Of a stretch of DNA of 64,000 nucleotides, positions 63,501 through 64,000 are shown one piece after another. The notes under the pieces were generated by a model. That model did no database searches, was not told where the DNA came from, and worked only from the letters and a program-made list of their open reading frames with translations. The stretch is from the NCBI GenBank assembly GCA_043228905.1, contig JBHGNT010000014.1:2232001-2296000 (forward strand), read 5' to 3'. Origin of the DNA: Azolla caroliniana. Taxonomy: Eukaryota; Plantae; Polypodiophyta. The translations under genes and the position numbers were made by a program. Within the stretch, counting starts at the first letter, position 1; each line of letters opens with the position of its first letter.

Positions 63501-64000
63501 CCAGGATCGTGGTGAAGGGGTTCCAGTAGAAAAAGGGCGTGGACTTTGACAAGATATTTGCCTCGGTAGTAAAGATGACCTCCATCCGGACGGTGATGAG
63601 TATAGTGGCAAGCATGGACCTCGAGGTAGAACAGCTGGACGTGAAAACGACATTCCTTCACGGCGACCTCGAAGAGGAGATCTACATGCAACAACCAGAG
63701 GGTTTTGTGGAGAAAGGGAAGGAGCACCTGGTATGCCGGCTGAAGAAGAGCTTGTACGGACTAAAGCGGGCTCCCCGACAATGGTACCGGAAGTTCGATT
63801 CCTTCATGATCGATCAAGGGTAGCACAAGACGCAGGCCGATCACTGCGTGTTTGTGAAGAAGTTCGAAGGAGGCGACTTCCTGATACTCCTTCTGTACGT
63901 GGATGACATGTTGACAGTCGGACAGGACCAAATCAAAATACGGATGCTGAAGAAGGCTTTCAACCGGACCTTCTCAATGAAAGACTTGGGTCCGGCAAGA
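60598..64000 (+). mobile_element. Ty1/Copia element (short or deleted 5' LTR ending 60797, iMet PBS 60800-60811, gag-PR-INT-RT with stops); runs off the window
   Basis: TGGTATCAGAGC PBS; ATG 60827; LLLGSLPDSW, CFYCGKPGH, WVVNSGA, FVTFIDDHSRK, LEVEQLDVKTTFLHGDL and LLLYVDDML. Confidence 0.92.

Overview
Eukaryotic plant DNA, almost entirely nested transposable elements. The TE lineages (Tcn1-like chromovirus, Athila/Phygy-like Gypsy) suggest a non-seed plant such as a fern; this is an inference. The centrepiece is a very young Gypsy LTR retrotransposon (10511-32353; 418-bp LTRs differing at 1 position by eye; TSD CATGT). Its gag is interrupted by an apparently intact 11,990-bp DNA transposon (12593-24582) with 25-bp GGG...CCC TIRs, a 4-bp AATA TSD and a two-exon Sola2-type DDD transposase on the minus strand. 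This transposon also carries a convergent multi-exon accessory gene encoding an unknown N-terminal domain, a coiled coil, a RING-H2 finger and, via a probable alternative splice, an FCP1/HAD-like pseudophosphatase. The largest intron of each gene is filled with a tandem array of the same 14-bp palindrome (TAGCTAATTAGCTA) that also sits next to both TIRs. The rest of the window holds several Copia copies and solo LTRs, a degenerate chromovirus with a self-priming signature and a tRNA-like box in its LTRs, a second 5'-deleted Gypsy copy, and one probable host gene (DUF688-like, 58183-58677). All calls were made by eye without database searches.
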